From positions 1,178 through 65,177 of the forward strand of contig CANQPK010000003.1 of NCBI GenBank assembly GCA_947625685.1: DNA of 64,000 bases, given 5' to 3'. The notes under the pieces are model-generated. The model was given only the letters and a program-made list of their open reading frames with translations. It was not told the origin of the DNA and did not search any database. The position numbers and the translations under genes are program-made. Each line of letters opens with the position of its first letter. The stretch's first letter is position 1. This DNA comes from an uncultured Clostridia bacterium (GTDB taxonomy: Bacteria; Bacillota; Clostridia; TANB77; CAG-508). Positions 9,400 through 17,924 of the stretch are shown here, piece after piece.

Positions 9400-9437
9400 T
9401 AATATAAGTAAAAATGTTTAAATTAAGGTGGTAAAGT

Positions 9438-12400
9438 ATGAAAACTAAAAAGCTAATTGTATTTATTTCAATTTTAGTAGCTATTACATTTATAGGAATT
9501 TTTACAAACAATGTAAAAGCTGCCGAACCAGATTATCTAACTATTGTAAAAGATAGAACAGTAGATTATCAATCTACTGATGTAACATATCAGCATCAAA
9601 TATATAAAGATAATCCTGGACAAACTGAAAATATATGGAATATAGTTACATGTACAGAAGCAGGAGTGGTAACAGATACAATACCAGATTTATACTGCTT
9701 AAGGGCAGGATTAGGTTTTGTAAGAGAAAATCTTGAAGTGAGTAGCTCATATCCACATATACAATATTCACAACGTTTTGATATGGTAACAGATCGTGAA
9801 TCAGTAAAAGAATTACTAACAAGTTCAGAAACAACAATATTTAAAGATGATGAAAAAACATATTATTATGGACTATTATGGGTATTAGATCACATGCTAT
9901 TAGAAGATGCAACTCAAGATGAATTAATACAATACTTAAAAGATTATGCTGAATATCCAGATGGAGATTTCACAAGAGAAAATGCTGTACAAGGAGAGTT
10001 CTTATCAAGAGCAGATGTAGAAGCCATACAACAATTAGCAATATGGTATTTTACAAACCATGATAATCCAATACATAATACTAAGGATTTATCAACAATA
10101 TATGTTAATATAAGTAATAAAACTACTAATTTAGGAGATTCTAAAGGAGAATATAAATCATATGTAGATTTATTTAATACTTTAGGTACATATGGAACAA
10201 AAAGACAAGATGCTGCTAAAAAACTATATAAGAATTTAATAGAAAGAGCAGAAAGTGCTGTTGCAGCAAATGAAAATACATATACACCTGTAAGACAACT
10301 AACAGTATATCTTGCAGGAACAGATGCAGTTAATCAACAACCAGTAGTAAGAATTGAAGAATCAAATAAAGAAGTAGATTTAGCATTAAGAAAATTCATA
10401 ACAGCAGTTAATGGAACAGCAAACACATCAAGAACACCAGAAGTAGATACAACATCATTAAATAAACAAGTACAAGCAGGAACAGAAAATAAATATCAAA
10501 CAACAGCAGAATATAATCATACAAAGGAACCTTTAAAAGTACAAATAGGTGATGTAATAACATATACATTAAGAATATATAATGAAGGAGAATTACCTGC
10601 ATATGTTACACAAGTTACAGACTATTTACCAGAATATCTAGAATATGTACCTTATGGAGAAGATTCTCAAGGAGTATTTTGGGTTTTAGACGAAGATACA
10701 GCTAGAATTGCAGTATCAACATCAGAATGTAAAGTAGTAGGAGTTGGAGGAAAGGTTACAGCAGATAAAGTAGGAAGCAAATTATCAGAGGTATTGATTC
10801 CAGCAGCTGAGAAAAAAGCAGATAGTGAAGGATATGACTTAAGCTATGTTGATATACAAATATCATGCAAAGTAATGACAAATGCACCATATGGCATAAA
10901 TATAACTAACTTAGCACAAATAACAGAAATGAAATATCAAAATGGAAACAAAGTAGAATCAGACAGAGACTCTACACCTGATGGAAATTTCACATTACCA
11001 ACAGATCCAAATTTACCATCATATAAAGATAATGAAAAAGATAAAGAATATATACCAGGACAAGAAGATGATGATGACTTCGAAAAAGTATATATAGAAG
11101 CACCAGCAATTGATTTAGCATTAAGAAAATTCATATCACAAGTAGGAGAAACAAAATATAATAGAGCACCACAAGTAGTATCAGAAGGATTAAAAACAGG
11201 AGCAGATACAGCAATATATAATCATTCAAAAGAACCTGTACAAGTATCAATAGGGGATATAGTAACATATACAATAAGGGTATATAATGAAGGAGAAATA
11301 GATGCAAGAGTTACAGAAATAACAGACTACTTAGCAACATATTTACAATATGTACCTTATGGAGACGATAGTGAAGGAAAATGGTGGACATATACATCAG
11401 GAGAAGAATATAATACAGCAGTATCAACAGCAGACTGCAAAGTAGTAGGAGTTGGAGGAAAGACTCTAAGTACATATGTTGGTAAAAAATTAGGAGATAC
11501 AGTTATACCAGCATATGATGGAGAAACAGATACATTAAGCTATGTAGATGTAGAAATACATTGTAAAGTATTGCCAGTGACAAAAGAGACTAAAGTAACA
11601 AACATAGCTGAAATAACAAAAGAAGCAGACAAAGACGGAAGACAAGTAGGAAAAGAAGATGACTCTACACCAAATGATGTAACAAAGCCAGAAGATTTCC
11701 CAGGATATAAAGATGATGAAAAAGATAAAGAATATATACCAGGACAAGAAGACGATGATGACTTTGAAAAAGTACTAGTAGTACCTAAATTCGATTTAGC
11801 ATTAAGAAAATTTATAACAAGAGTAGGTACAACAAATGTAAATAACAGATATCCAAGTGTTTCTTATGATAATGGACAATTGAAATATGAACATACAAAA
11901 GATCCATTAGATGTTGCAACAGGAGACACAGTTATATATACGATAAGAGTATATAACGAAGGAGAAGCTGATGGATATGCAGAAGAAATAACAGACGATA
12001 TACCAGAAGGACTAGAATTTTTACCAGACAATGACACAAACAAAGAATATAGATGGGTAATGCTAGATGAGAACGAAGAAGAGGTAACAGATGTAAGCAA
12101 AGCAAAATATTTAGTAACAGATTACTTATCAGAAGCACAAGGAAAAGAAGCAAATAGAGATAATTTAATAAAAGCATTTAACAAAGAGGCAGAAATAAGT
12201 GATAAAAATCCAGATTATAGAGATGTACAAATAGCATTCAAAGTAACATATACAGCAACAACGAAAGACGAGATGTCAAGAACATTAGTAAATACAGCAC
12301 AAATATCAAAAGATTCAGGAGACGATGAAGACTCAAAACCAAATAGAGACGAAGTATATGATAAAGACGGAGACAATGAAGACGATATAGATTATGATCA

Positions 12401-13037
12401 AGTAAAAGTAAAATACTTTGACTTATCACTATTAAAATGGGTAGCACAAACAAAAGTAACATTAAATGGAAAAACAACAACTAAAGATACAGGACATACA
12501 GCAGAAACTTCAAAGAATGAGTCTCCAGTAAAGATAGAAGTAAAAGCAAGTGATGTTAAAAAGATAAAAATACAATATGTATATACAATAAGAGTTACAA
12601 ATGAAGGAGAACTAGAAGGATATGCAAAAGAAGTCACAGATTATGTACCAGAAGGATTAAAATTTGTAAAAGAAGATAATCCAAATTGGTATGAAATAAG
12701 TGATGGAGTAATAGGAACAAAGGCCCTAGAAAACACATTATTAAAACCAGGAGAGAGTGCAGAAGTACAAGTAGTATTAACATGGATAAATGGTAAAGAT
12801 AATTTCGGAGAGAAGGTAAACTTAGCAGAAATTAGCAAGGACTACAATGAAAATGGAAGTCCAGATGTTGATTCAACACCAAACAATCAAAAAACAGGAG
12901 AAGACGATATAGATGATGCACCAGTAATCCTAGCAGTAAAGACAGGTGTAACCCAAATATATGTTGGATTAACAATGATAATACTAGTTACATTTGCAGG
13001 AGGAATAAGCCTAATTAAGAAATATGTATTAGAATAA
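9438..13037 (+). CDS. Cell-surface adhesin: signal peptide, thioester domain (TED), four DUF11/conserved-repeat-type domains, sortase-like sorting signal
   Basis: Signal peptide ending VKA-AE. Candidate thioester pair Cys87 (DLYCLRAG, nt 9696-9698) and Gln199 (IQQLAIWYF ~ TQxA(I/V)W, nt 10032-10034). Four repeats start DLALRKFI / DLSLLKWV with YTIRVYNEGE cores. C-terminal AVKTG + TM + KKYVLE. Confidence 0.75.
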   Translation: MKTKKLIVFISILVAITFIGIFTNNVKAAEPDYLTIVKDRTVDYQSTDVTYQHQIYKDNPGQTENIWNIVTCTEAGVVTDTIPDLYCLRAGLGFVRENLEVSSSYPHIQYSQRFDMVTDRESVKELLTSSETTIFKDDEKTYYYGLLWVLDHMLLEDATQDELIQYLKDYAEYPDGDFTRENAVQGEFLSRADVEAIQQLAIWYFTNHDNPIHNTKDLSTIYVNISNKTTNLGDSKGEYKSYVDLFNTLGTYGTKRQDAAKKLYKNLIERAESAVAANENTYTPVRQLTVYLAGTDAVNQQPVVRIEESNKEVDLALRKFITAVNGTANTSRTPEVDTTSLNKQVQAGTENKYQTTAEYNHTKEPLKVQIGDVITYTLRIYNEGELPAYVTQVTDYLPEYLEYVPYGEDSQGVFWVLDEDTARIAVSTSECKVVGVGGKVTADKVGSKLSEVLIPAAEKKADSEGYDLSYVDIQISCKVMTNAPYGINITNLAQITEMKYQNGNKVESDRDSTPDGNFTLPTDPNLPSYKDNEKDKEYIPGQEDDDDFEKVYIEAPAIDLALRKFISQVGETKYNRAPQVVSEGLKTGADTAIYNHSKEPVQVSIGDIVTYTIRVYNEGEIDARVTEITDYLATYLQYVPYGDDSEGKWWTYTSGEEYNTAVSTADCKVVGVGGKTLSTYVGKKLGDTVIPAYDGETDTLSYVDVEIHCKVLPVTKETKVTNIAEITKEADKDGRQVGKEDDSTPNDVTKPEDFPGYKDDEKDKEYIPGQEDDDDFEKVLVVPKFDLALRKFITRVGTTNVNNRYPSVSYDNGQLKYEHTKDPLDVATGDTVIYTIRVYNEGEADGYAEEITDDIPEGLEFLPDNDTNKEYRWVMLDENEEEVTDVSKAKYLVTDYLSEAQGKEANRDNLIKAFNKEAEISDKNPDYRDVQIAFKVTYTATTKDEMSRTLVNTAQISKDSGDDEDSKPNRDEVYDKDGDNEDDIDYDQVKVKYFDLSLLKWVAQTKVTLNGKTTTKDTGHTAETSKNESPVKIEVKASDVKKIKIQYVYTIRVTNEGELEGYAKEVTDYVPEGLKFVKEDNPNWYEISDGVIGTKALENTLLKPGESAEVQVVLTWINGKDNFGEKVNLAEISKDYNENGSPDVDSTPNNQKTGEDDIDDAPVILAVKTGVTQIYVGLTMIILVTFAGGISLIKKYVLE
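10377..12419 (+). repeat. Three tandem 627-735-nt coding domain repeats (a fourth diverged unit follows from 12420)
   Basis: Units start GATTTAGCATTAAGAAAATT(C/T)ATA at 10377, 11112 and 11793. A 54-nt block at 11037-11090 recurs at 11721-11774 with 2 mismatches. Confidence 0.8.
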
Positions 13038-13049
13038 TATAAAGAAAAA

Positions 13050-13083
13050 AGAGGCACTTTAAATTTTGAAGTGCCCTTTTTTT
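13050..13083 (+). terminator. Rho-independent terminator
   Basis: GGCACTT (13053-13059) / AAGTGCC (13069-13075) followed by a T-run to 13083. Confidence 0.65.
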
Positions 13084-13124
13084 AGGTAAAGTGTGAGACT
13101 ATACTTAAAGGAGAAAAAAGAATT

Positions 13125-14438
13125 ATGATAGTAGTAATAGGAGCAGGACTTGCAGGATGTGAAGCAAGTTATCAAATAGCAAAAAGAGGAATAGATGTAG
13201 AGTTATATGAGATGAAACCAAAGAAATTTTCACCAGCTCATTCCAATCCAAATCTAGCAGAAATAGTATGCAGTAACTCTTTTAAATCTAATTTGCTAAC
13301 AAATGCATGTGGACTGTTAAAAGAAGAATTAAGAATATTAGATAGTTTGCTTATAAAATGTGCAGACGAAACGGCAGTTCCTGCTGGGCAAGCATTAGCA
13401 GTTGATAGAGAAATATTTTCTTCTTGTGTAACTGAAAAGATAAAGGGTATGAAAAACATAAAAGTAATAGAAGAGGAAATTGGTGATGAAATTCACTTAA
13501 AAGAATTAATGAAAGATAATATAGTAATAATTGCAACAGGACCTCTTACGACAGATAAGTTATCACAAGAAATAATGGAACTAACAGGGGAAGACAAAAT
13601 GTCATTTTTTGATGCGGCAGCACCAATTGTAGAGAAAAATAGTATAGATATGAGTATAGGCTTTTTAGGAGATAGATACGGAAAAGGAGAAAGTGCATAT
13701 ATAAACCTTCCTATGAACAAAGAAGAGTATGAAAACTTTTGGCAAGCGCTTGTAGAAGCAGAAATAGCTGAAACACATAAGTTTGAAAAAAAAGAAATAT
13801 TTGAGGGATGTATGCCAATAGAGGTAATGGCTAAAAGAGGTATAGATACTCTAAGATTTGGCCCACTAAAACCAGTAGGATTTACAGATCCAAGAACAGA
13901 TACAAGACCATACGCAATAGTACAATTAAGACAGGATAATAAAGAGGGAAACTTATATAACTTAGTAGGCTTTCAAACAAACTTAAAATTTGGAGAGCAA
14001 AAAAGAGTATTTAGCATGATTCCAGGGCTTAAGGAAGCGGAATTTGTGAAATATGGTGTAATGCATAGAAATACATATATAAATTCTCCTAAGCTATTAG
14101 ATAATACATACAATCTAAAGAAACATCCAAATATATACTTCGCAGGGCAAATTTCAGGAGTAGAAGGATATGTAGAATCGATAGCATCAGGCATGGTAGC
14201 TTCATTAAATGCTATATCAAACTTGCAAAATAAAGAGAAAATTATATTTCCAAAAGAAACAGTAATAGGTGCTCTTTCTGATTATATAAGTACAGAAAAT
14301 AAGAACTTTCAACCTATGAATGCAAATTTTGGAATACTACCAGAATTAAATGAAAGAATTAAAGATAAAAAACTAAGATATGAAAAATTATCAGATCGAT
14401 CTTTATTTAAATTAAAAGAGTTTGTAAACAAAATGTAA
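13125..14438 (+). CDS. trmFO: Methylenetetrahydrofolate--tRNA-(uracil54-C5)-methyltransferase TrmFO (Gid)
   Basis: N-terminal FAD fold VIGAGLAGCEASYQIAKRG..LYEMKP..PAH..LAEIVCSNS. Length 437 aa, collinear with TrmFO. Confidence 0.9.
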   Translation: MIVVIGAGLAGCEASYQIAKRGIDVELYEMKPKKFSPAHSNPNLAEIVCSNSFKSNLLTNACGLLKEELRILDSLLIKCADETAVPAGQALAVDREIFSSCVTEKIKGMKNIKVIEEEIGDEIHLKELMKDNIVIIATGPLTTDKLSQEIMELTGEDKMSFFDAAAPIVEKNSIDMSIGFLGDRYGKGESAYINLPMNKEEYENFWQALVEAEIAETHKFEKKEIFEGCMPIEVMAKRGIDTLRFGPLKPVGFTDPRTDTRPYAIVQLRQDNKEGNLYNLVGFQTNLKFGEQKRVFSMIPGLKEAEFVKYGVMHRNTYINSPKLLDNTYNLKKHPNIYFAGQISGVEGYVESIASGMVASLNAISNLQNKEKIIFPKETVIGALSDYISTENKNFQPMNANFGILPELNERIKDKKLRYEKLSDRSLFKLKEFVNKM

Positions 14439-14449
14439 TGAAAATGATA

Positions 14450-14477
14450 TTGACTTTATTTTCAAAAAATGTAGAAT
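14450..14477 (+). promoter_or_regulatory. Promoter cassette (second copy)
   Basis: TTGACT 14450-14455, TG + TAGAAT 14470-14477. Confidence 0.5.
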
Positions 14478-14602
14478 ATAAGTAAACGAGGAATGAGAAA
14501 TTTCAGAATTGACATTTTATGTAAAATAGTGTATAATTAAATAGATTAGTGTGAGAAAATATATGTTTAAATAAATAAAATATATTGAGGGGGGTATAAC
14601 AA

Positions 14603-16024
14603 ATGGCAAATGAACAAGAGAGAAGAACAGAGAATTTCCTTGAAAGAGAACAAAGAGAGAAAAAAAGAGAAAGATATGAAAGGAATATACGAAACCAACA
14701 AGCTAAGAATGCAAAATTAGCACCTAAGGTAAATAAAGAAGAAATGCTTAAAGAATTAATGACATTATCAGAGCACGAAGTTTTAGTTAGATTATCAGAA
14801 GCAAGAGAAAAGACAGATAATGCAATAGAAAGATTATTAGCTGCAAAAGAGCATTATAAAGGAGCAGATAGAGAAGAAAAGATTCAAAGATTACAAAGAG
14901 AAACTAATAATGCAAAAAAAGAAGAAAAATATCTAGAAGGATATGCAGATAATGGTAAACAAATAAAGAAGATATATAATATGGAACAAGCTGAAATTGC
15001 TAGAAGACAAAAAAATCTACAATCAGTAAAAGATGCATTAGTCAATGACACTATCGCCCTAGAAGAAATAAAAACAAAGTTAAACGAAAATGAAGATAAA
15101 GTTAAATCAGTAAGAGAAAAACAAAAATCACTAGATGAAAAAATAAAAAAATTGGTAGAGAAAACTGAAAAATTCGGACAAGGAGAAGCTGAAATAACAG
15201 AAGAACAATCAGCACAACAAATAGAAGATTTAAAAAAGATTTCAGATTTATCAGAAAAAAGAACAAAAGTAGAAGATATGCTTAAATCAAAAGAAAATAG
15301 CGAAGAAATAATGAACCTAACTTCAGAGAAAAAGAGATTAGAAGAAGCAATAAAAGGTTCAAAGACTAAAATAAAATTATATGAAAAAGGCGAAAGCAAA
15401 GAAGATACAGTAATACATAAATGCAGATTAGCAAGAGAGATGTTACTTGCTGGTAAATCATGGGATGAAATAAATCTTGCATCTATTAAAGAAATAAAGG
15501 AGAGACAATTAGAAGTTAAAGAATCTGATAGATCAGAGCCAAGTCCAGAACCTAAGCCAGAACCAAAACAAGAACAAGGACAAGGACACTACGGACCAAA
15601 ATCAGAACCAAAACAAGAGCCTAAATCAGAACCAAAACAAGAACCATTACCACCAGTACCAGCAAAATTTGAAGAAAGACATCCAAGACTTTCTAAAATT
15701 CCATTCCTTGCAAGATTTGTTAATGGATTTACAGAAGGCAGAAGAAAAGCTATGGCTAAAAAAATAAGAAATAAAAATGATGATATAGACTGGATAAAGG
15801 AACCATCAGACGATGAACCAGCACCAATTGAACCAAGAAAACCACAAGCTCCAGTAAAAGAACCTATAAAAGATAAAAGAGATAAATTTATGGAATATTT
15901 AAGAGAAGCAGTAGAAGAAGGACATAAGGAGCAAGGTAAATATGCAACATCAGAGCCAAAAATGCCAGAAAAACATACAGAGAATGAGACTCAAAAAGAA
16001 CAAAAAGATTTATCAGAAAGATAA
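14603..16024 (+). CDS. Lys/Glu-rich coiled-coil protein with (S)EPK(Q) tandem repeats
   Basis: 473-aa ORF, GAGGGGGG RBS, long charged coiled-coil. PEPKPEPKQ..SEPKQEPKSEPKQEP repeats at nt ~15530-15662. No catalytic motif. Confidence 0.55.
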   Translation: MANEQERRTENFLEREQREKKRERYERNIRNQQAKNAKLAPKVNKEEMLKELMTLSEHEVLVRLSEAREKTDNAIERLLAAKEHYKGADREEKIQRLQRETNNAKKEEKYLEGYADNGKQIKKIYNMEQAEIARRQKNLQSVKDALVNDTIALEEIKTKLNENEDKVKSVREKQKSLDEKIKKLVEKTEKFGQGEAEITEEQSAQQIEDLKKISDLSEKRTKVEDMLKSKENSEEIMNLTSEKKRLEEAIKGSKTKIKLYEKGESKEDTVIHKCRLAREMLLAGKSWDEINLASIKEIKERQLEVKESDRSEPSPEPKPEPKQEQGQGHYGPKSEPKQEPKSEPKQEPLPPVPAKFEERHPRLSKIPFLARFVNGFTEGRRKAMAKKIRNKNDDIDWIKEPSDDEPAPIEPRKPQAPVKEPIKDKRDKFMEYLREAVEEGHKEQGKYATSEPKMPEKHTENETQKEQKDLSER

Positions 16025-16102
16025 TTAATATGCTAAATTATAGAATAAAAAAATAAGTATATTAAAAACCATTAAAATTCCTAGAAAAATGTTACATAAT
16101 TA

Positions 16103-16167
16103 TTGACAAATGCAATTTAATATGATAAAATATGTGAACACGTATTGAGGTTAATACGTGTTCACAT
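16103..16167 (+). promoter_or_regulatory. Promoter of the rpmG-secE-nusG operon followed by a perfect 15-bp-arm palindrome
   Basis: TTGACA 16103-16108, 17-nt spacer, TAAAAT 16126-16131. Then ATGTGAACACGTATT (16132-16146) / AATACGTGTTCACAT (16153-16167). Confidence 0.55.
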
Positions 16168-16231
16168 CAATTTTTAACCAAATAAATTAATGAATGGCAA
16201 ACTATATAGAATTTACGGAGGTGTATCTAAA

Positions 16232-16396
16232 ATGGCTGCAAAAGGACCAAGAGAAAGCATTACTTTAGAATGTACAGAATGCAAGAGAAGAAATTATATG
16301 ACATCTAAAAACAAAAGAAATAACACAGATAGATTAGAGATAGTTAAATATTGTAAGTACTGCAAAAAGCGTACAACACATAAAGAGACTAAATAA
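16232..16396 (+). CDS. rpmG: 50S ribosomal protein L33
   Basis: [44 protein letters not shown] with two CxxC pairs. GGAGGTG RBS; the track start 16190 is an upstream in-frame extension. Confidence 0.93.
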   Translation: MAAKGPRESITLECTECKRRNYMTSKNKRNNTDRLEIVKYCKYCKKRTTHKETK

Positions 16397-16419
16397 CTTT
16401 ATAAAGGAGGGTGCTTAAA

Positions 16420-16806
16420 ATGGGAAAAAATGATAAACCAGAAAAACAAAGCAAAAAACAAAGAAGTTTCTGGAAAGACTTTAAAGCAGAATTAAAAAAA
16501 GTTATTTGGCCAACTAGAAGTCAAGTTGTAAATAATACAATAATAGTTATAATTATCGTATTAATTATAACAGCTATCTGTTTTGTGTTAGATTTAGCTT
16601 TTGAAGCCTTAAACACATATGGAATTGATAATTTAAAGTCAATGGTACAAAGTAGTGTTTCAGAAACCAATGAGGTAGAAAATCAAGATTCAAATAGCAC
16701 AGAAGACTCAAATAATGTAGCAGACTCTAATAGCAGTCAAGAAAATGTAAATAATAGCAACGAAACAGACTCTACAAATATTACTAATAATAATGTCACA
16801 GAATAA
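16420..16806 (+). CDS. secE: Preprotein translocase subunit SecE (with Asn/Ser-rich C-terminal extension)
   Basis: FWKDFKAELKKVIWPTRSQVVNNTIIVIIIVLI.. signature TM. Position between rpmG and nusG. AAGGAGG RBS favours ATG 16420. Confidence 0.85.
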   Translation: MGKNDKPEKQSKKQRSFWKDFKAELKKVIWPTRSQVVNNTIIVIIIVLIITAICFVLDLAFEALNTYGIDNLKSMVQSSVSETNEVENQDSNSTEDSNNVADSNSSQENVNNSNETDSTNITNNNVTE

Positions 16807-16826
16807 ATTTCAAGGAGGCGAAAAAG

Positions 16827-17360
16827 TTGGCACATCAAAAAGAAGATTCAGTCGCAAGATGGTATGTAATACATACTTATTCTGGATATGAAAATAAAGT
16901 AAAAACAGATCTTGAAAAAATGGTAAAAAACAGAGAAATGGAAGACTATTTCTTTGATATAGTTGTTCCAATGGAAGAACAAATAGAAATAAAAGACGGA
17001 AAAAGAAAAGCAAATTTGAAAAAAGTTTTTCCAGGATATGTTTTAATAAAAATGATAGTAACTGATGAAACTTGGTATATAGTAAGAAATACAAGAGGAG
17101 TTACAGGTTTTGTAGGTTCAGGTACAAATCCAATACCTCTTACTGAAGAAGAAATAAGAAATATGGGATTTGAAGATGTACCAATAAAAGTTGACTATGA
17201 AGTAAACGAATCTGTAAAAGTTATAAATGGACCACTAGAAGGTTTCATTGGAGTTGTTCAAGAAATTAACAAAGAAAAAGGGAAAGTAAAAGTTCTAGTT
17301 TCTATGTTTGGAAGAGAAACCCCAGCAGAATTAGAATTTTCACAAGTACAAAAAGTTTAG
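16827..17360 (+). CDS. nusG: Transcription termination/antitermination factor NusG
   Basis: RWYVIHTYSGYENKVK NGN domain, KOW motif (VKVINGPLEGFIGVV), conserved operon position. TTG start after AAGGAGG. Confidence 0.93.
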   Translation: MAHQKEDSVARWYVIHTYSGYENKVKTDLEKMVKNREMEDYFFDIVVPMEEQIEIKDGKRKANLKKVFPGYVLIKMIVTDETWYIVRNTRGVTGFVGSGTNPIPLTEEEIRNMGFEDVPIKVDYEVNESVKVINGPLEGFIGVVQEINKEKGKVKVLVSMFGRETPAELEFSQVQKV

Positions 17361-17412
17361 AAAAAAGCCTTAAAGACTTATATAATTTACTTTTATAAAG
17401 GAGGTGCAAGAA

Positions 17413-17838
17413 ATGGCACAAAAAGAAGTAGCAAATGTAATAAAATTACAAATAGAAGCTGGAAAGGCAACACCTGCTCCACCAGTAGGTCCAGCACTTG
17501 GTTCAAGTGGTGTAAATATCATGCAATTTGTTAAAGAATTTAATGATAGAACAGCAAATCAACCAGGAATGATAATACCAGTTGTTATTACAGTATATCA
17601 GGATAAATCTTTTGAATTTGTAACAAAAGTACCACCAGTTGCTGTATTAATAAAGAAAGCTATAAAAATAGAAAAAGGTTCTGGTAAACCAAACAGAGAA
17701 AAAGTTGCAAAAATTACTGAAGAACAAGTAAAACAAATAGCTGAACAAAAAATGGAAGACTTAAATGCAGCTTCACTTGAAGCAGCTATGAGTATGGTTA
17801 AAGGAACAGCTAGATCTATGGGTATAGTTGTTGAGTAA
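17413..17838 (+). CDS. rplK: 50S ribosomal protein L11
   Basis: [21 protein letters not shown] motif, 141 aa. Confidence 0.95.
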   Translation: MAQKEVANVIKLQIEAGKATPAPPVGPALGSSGVNIMQFVKEFNDRTANQPGMIIPVVITVYQDKSFEFVTKVPPVAVLIKKAIKIEKGSGKPNREKVAKITEEQVKQIAEQKMEDLNAASLEAAMSMVKGTARSMGIVVE

Positions 17839-17924
17839 ATAAAATTGGCATATTGCCTTAATTTTAAATATTTAATTGGGAGAAGTTAAAAAAACAAACT
17901 TCGTTTGAACCAAAGGAGGTAAAA

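Noticed and set aside
4640-9437. Calling the tRNA-adjacent islet a mobile element
   Set aside because: No integrase, recombinase, transposase or phage gene is present, and the flanking similarity is short. It is reported only as a hypothesis, not annotated as mobile_element.
10377-12419. Repeat array that might be mistaken for CRISPR or a VNTR
   Set aside because: The units are 627-735 nt, in frame, and encode Ig-like adhesin domains. There is no short repeat-spacer architecture anywhere in the window.
16190-16231. Upstream extension of rpmG (and similarly 16411 for secE, 17404 for rplK, 19817 for the amidohydrolase, 62397 for ricT, 34076 for ogg)
   Set aside because: The internal start codons are preceded by GGAGG-type RBSs at proper spacing and give family-typical N-termini. 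The extensions would translate the RBS itself.
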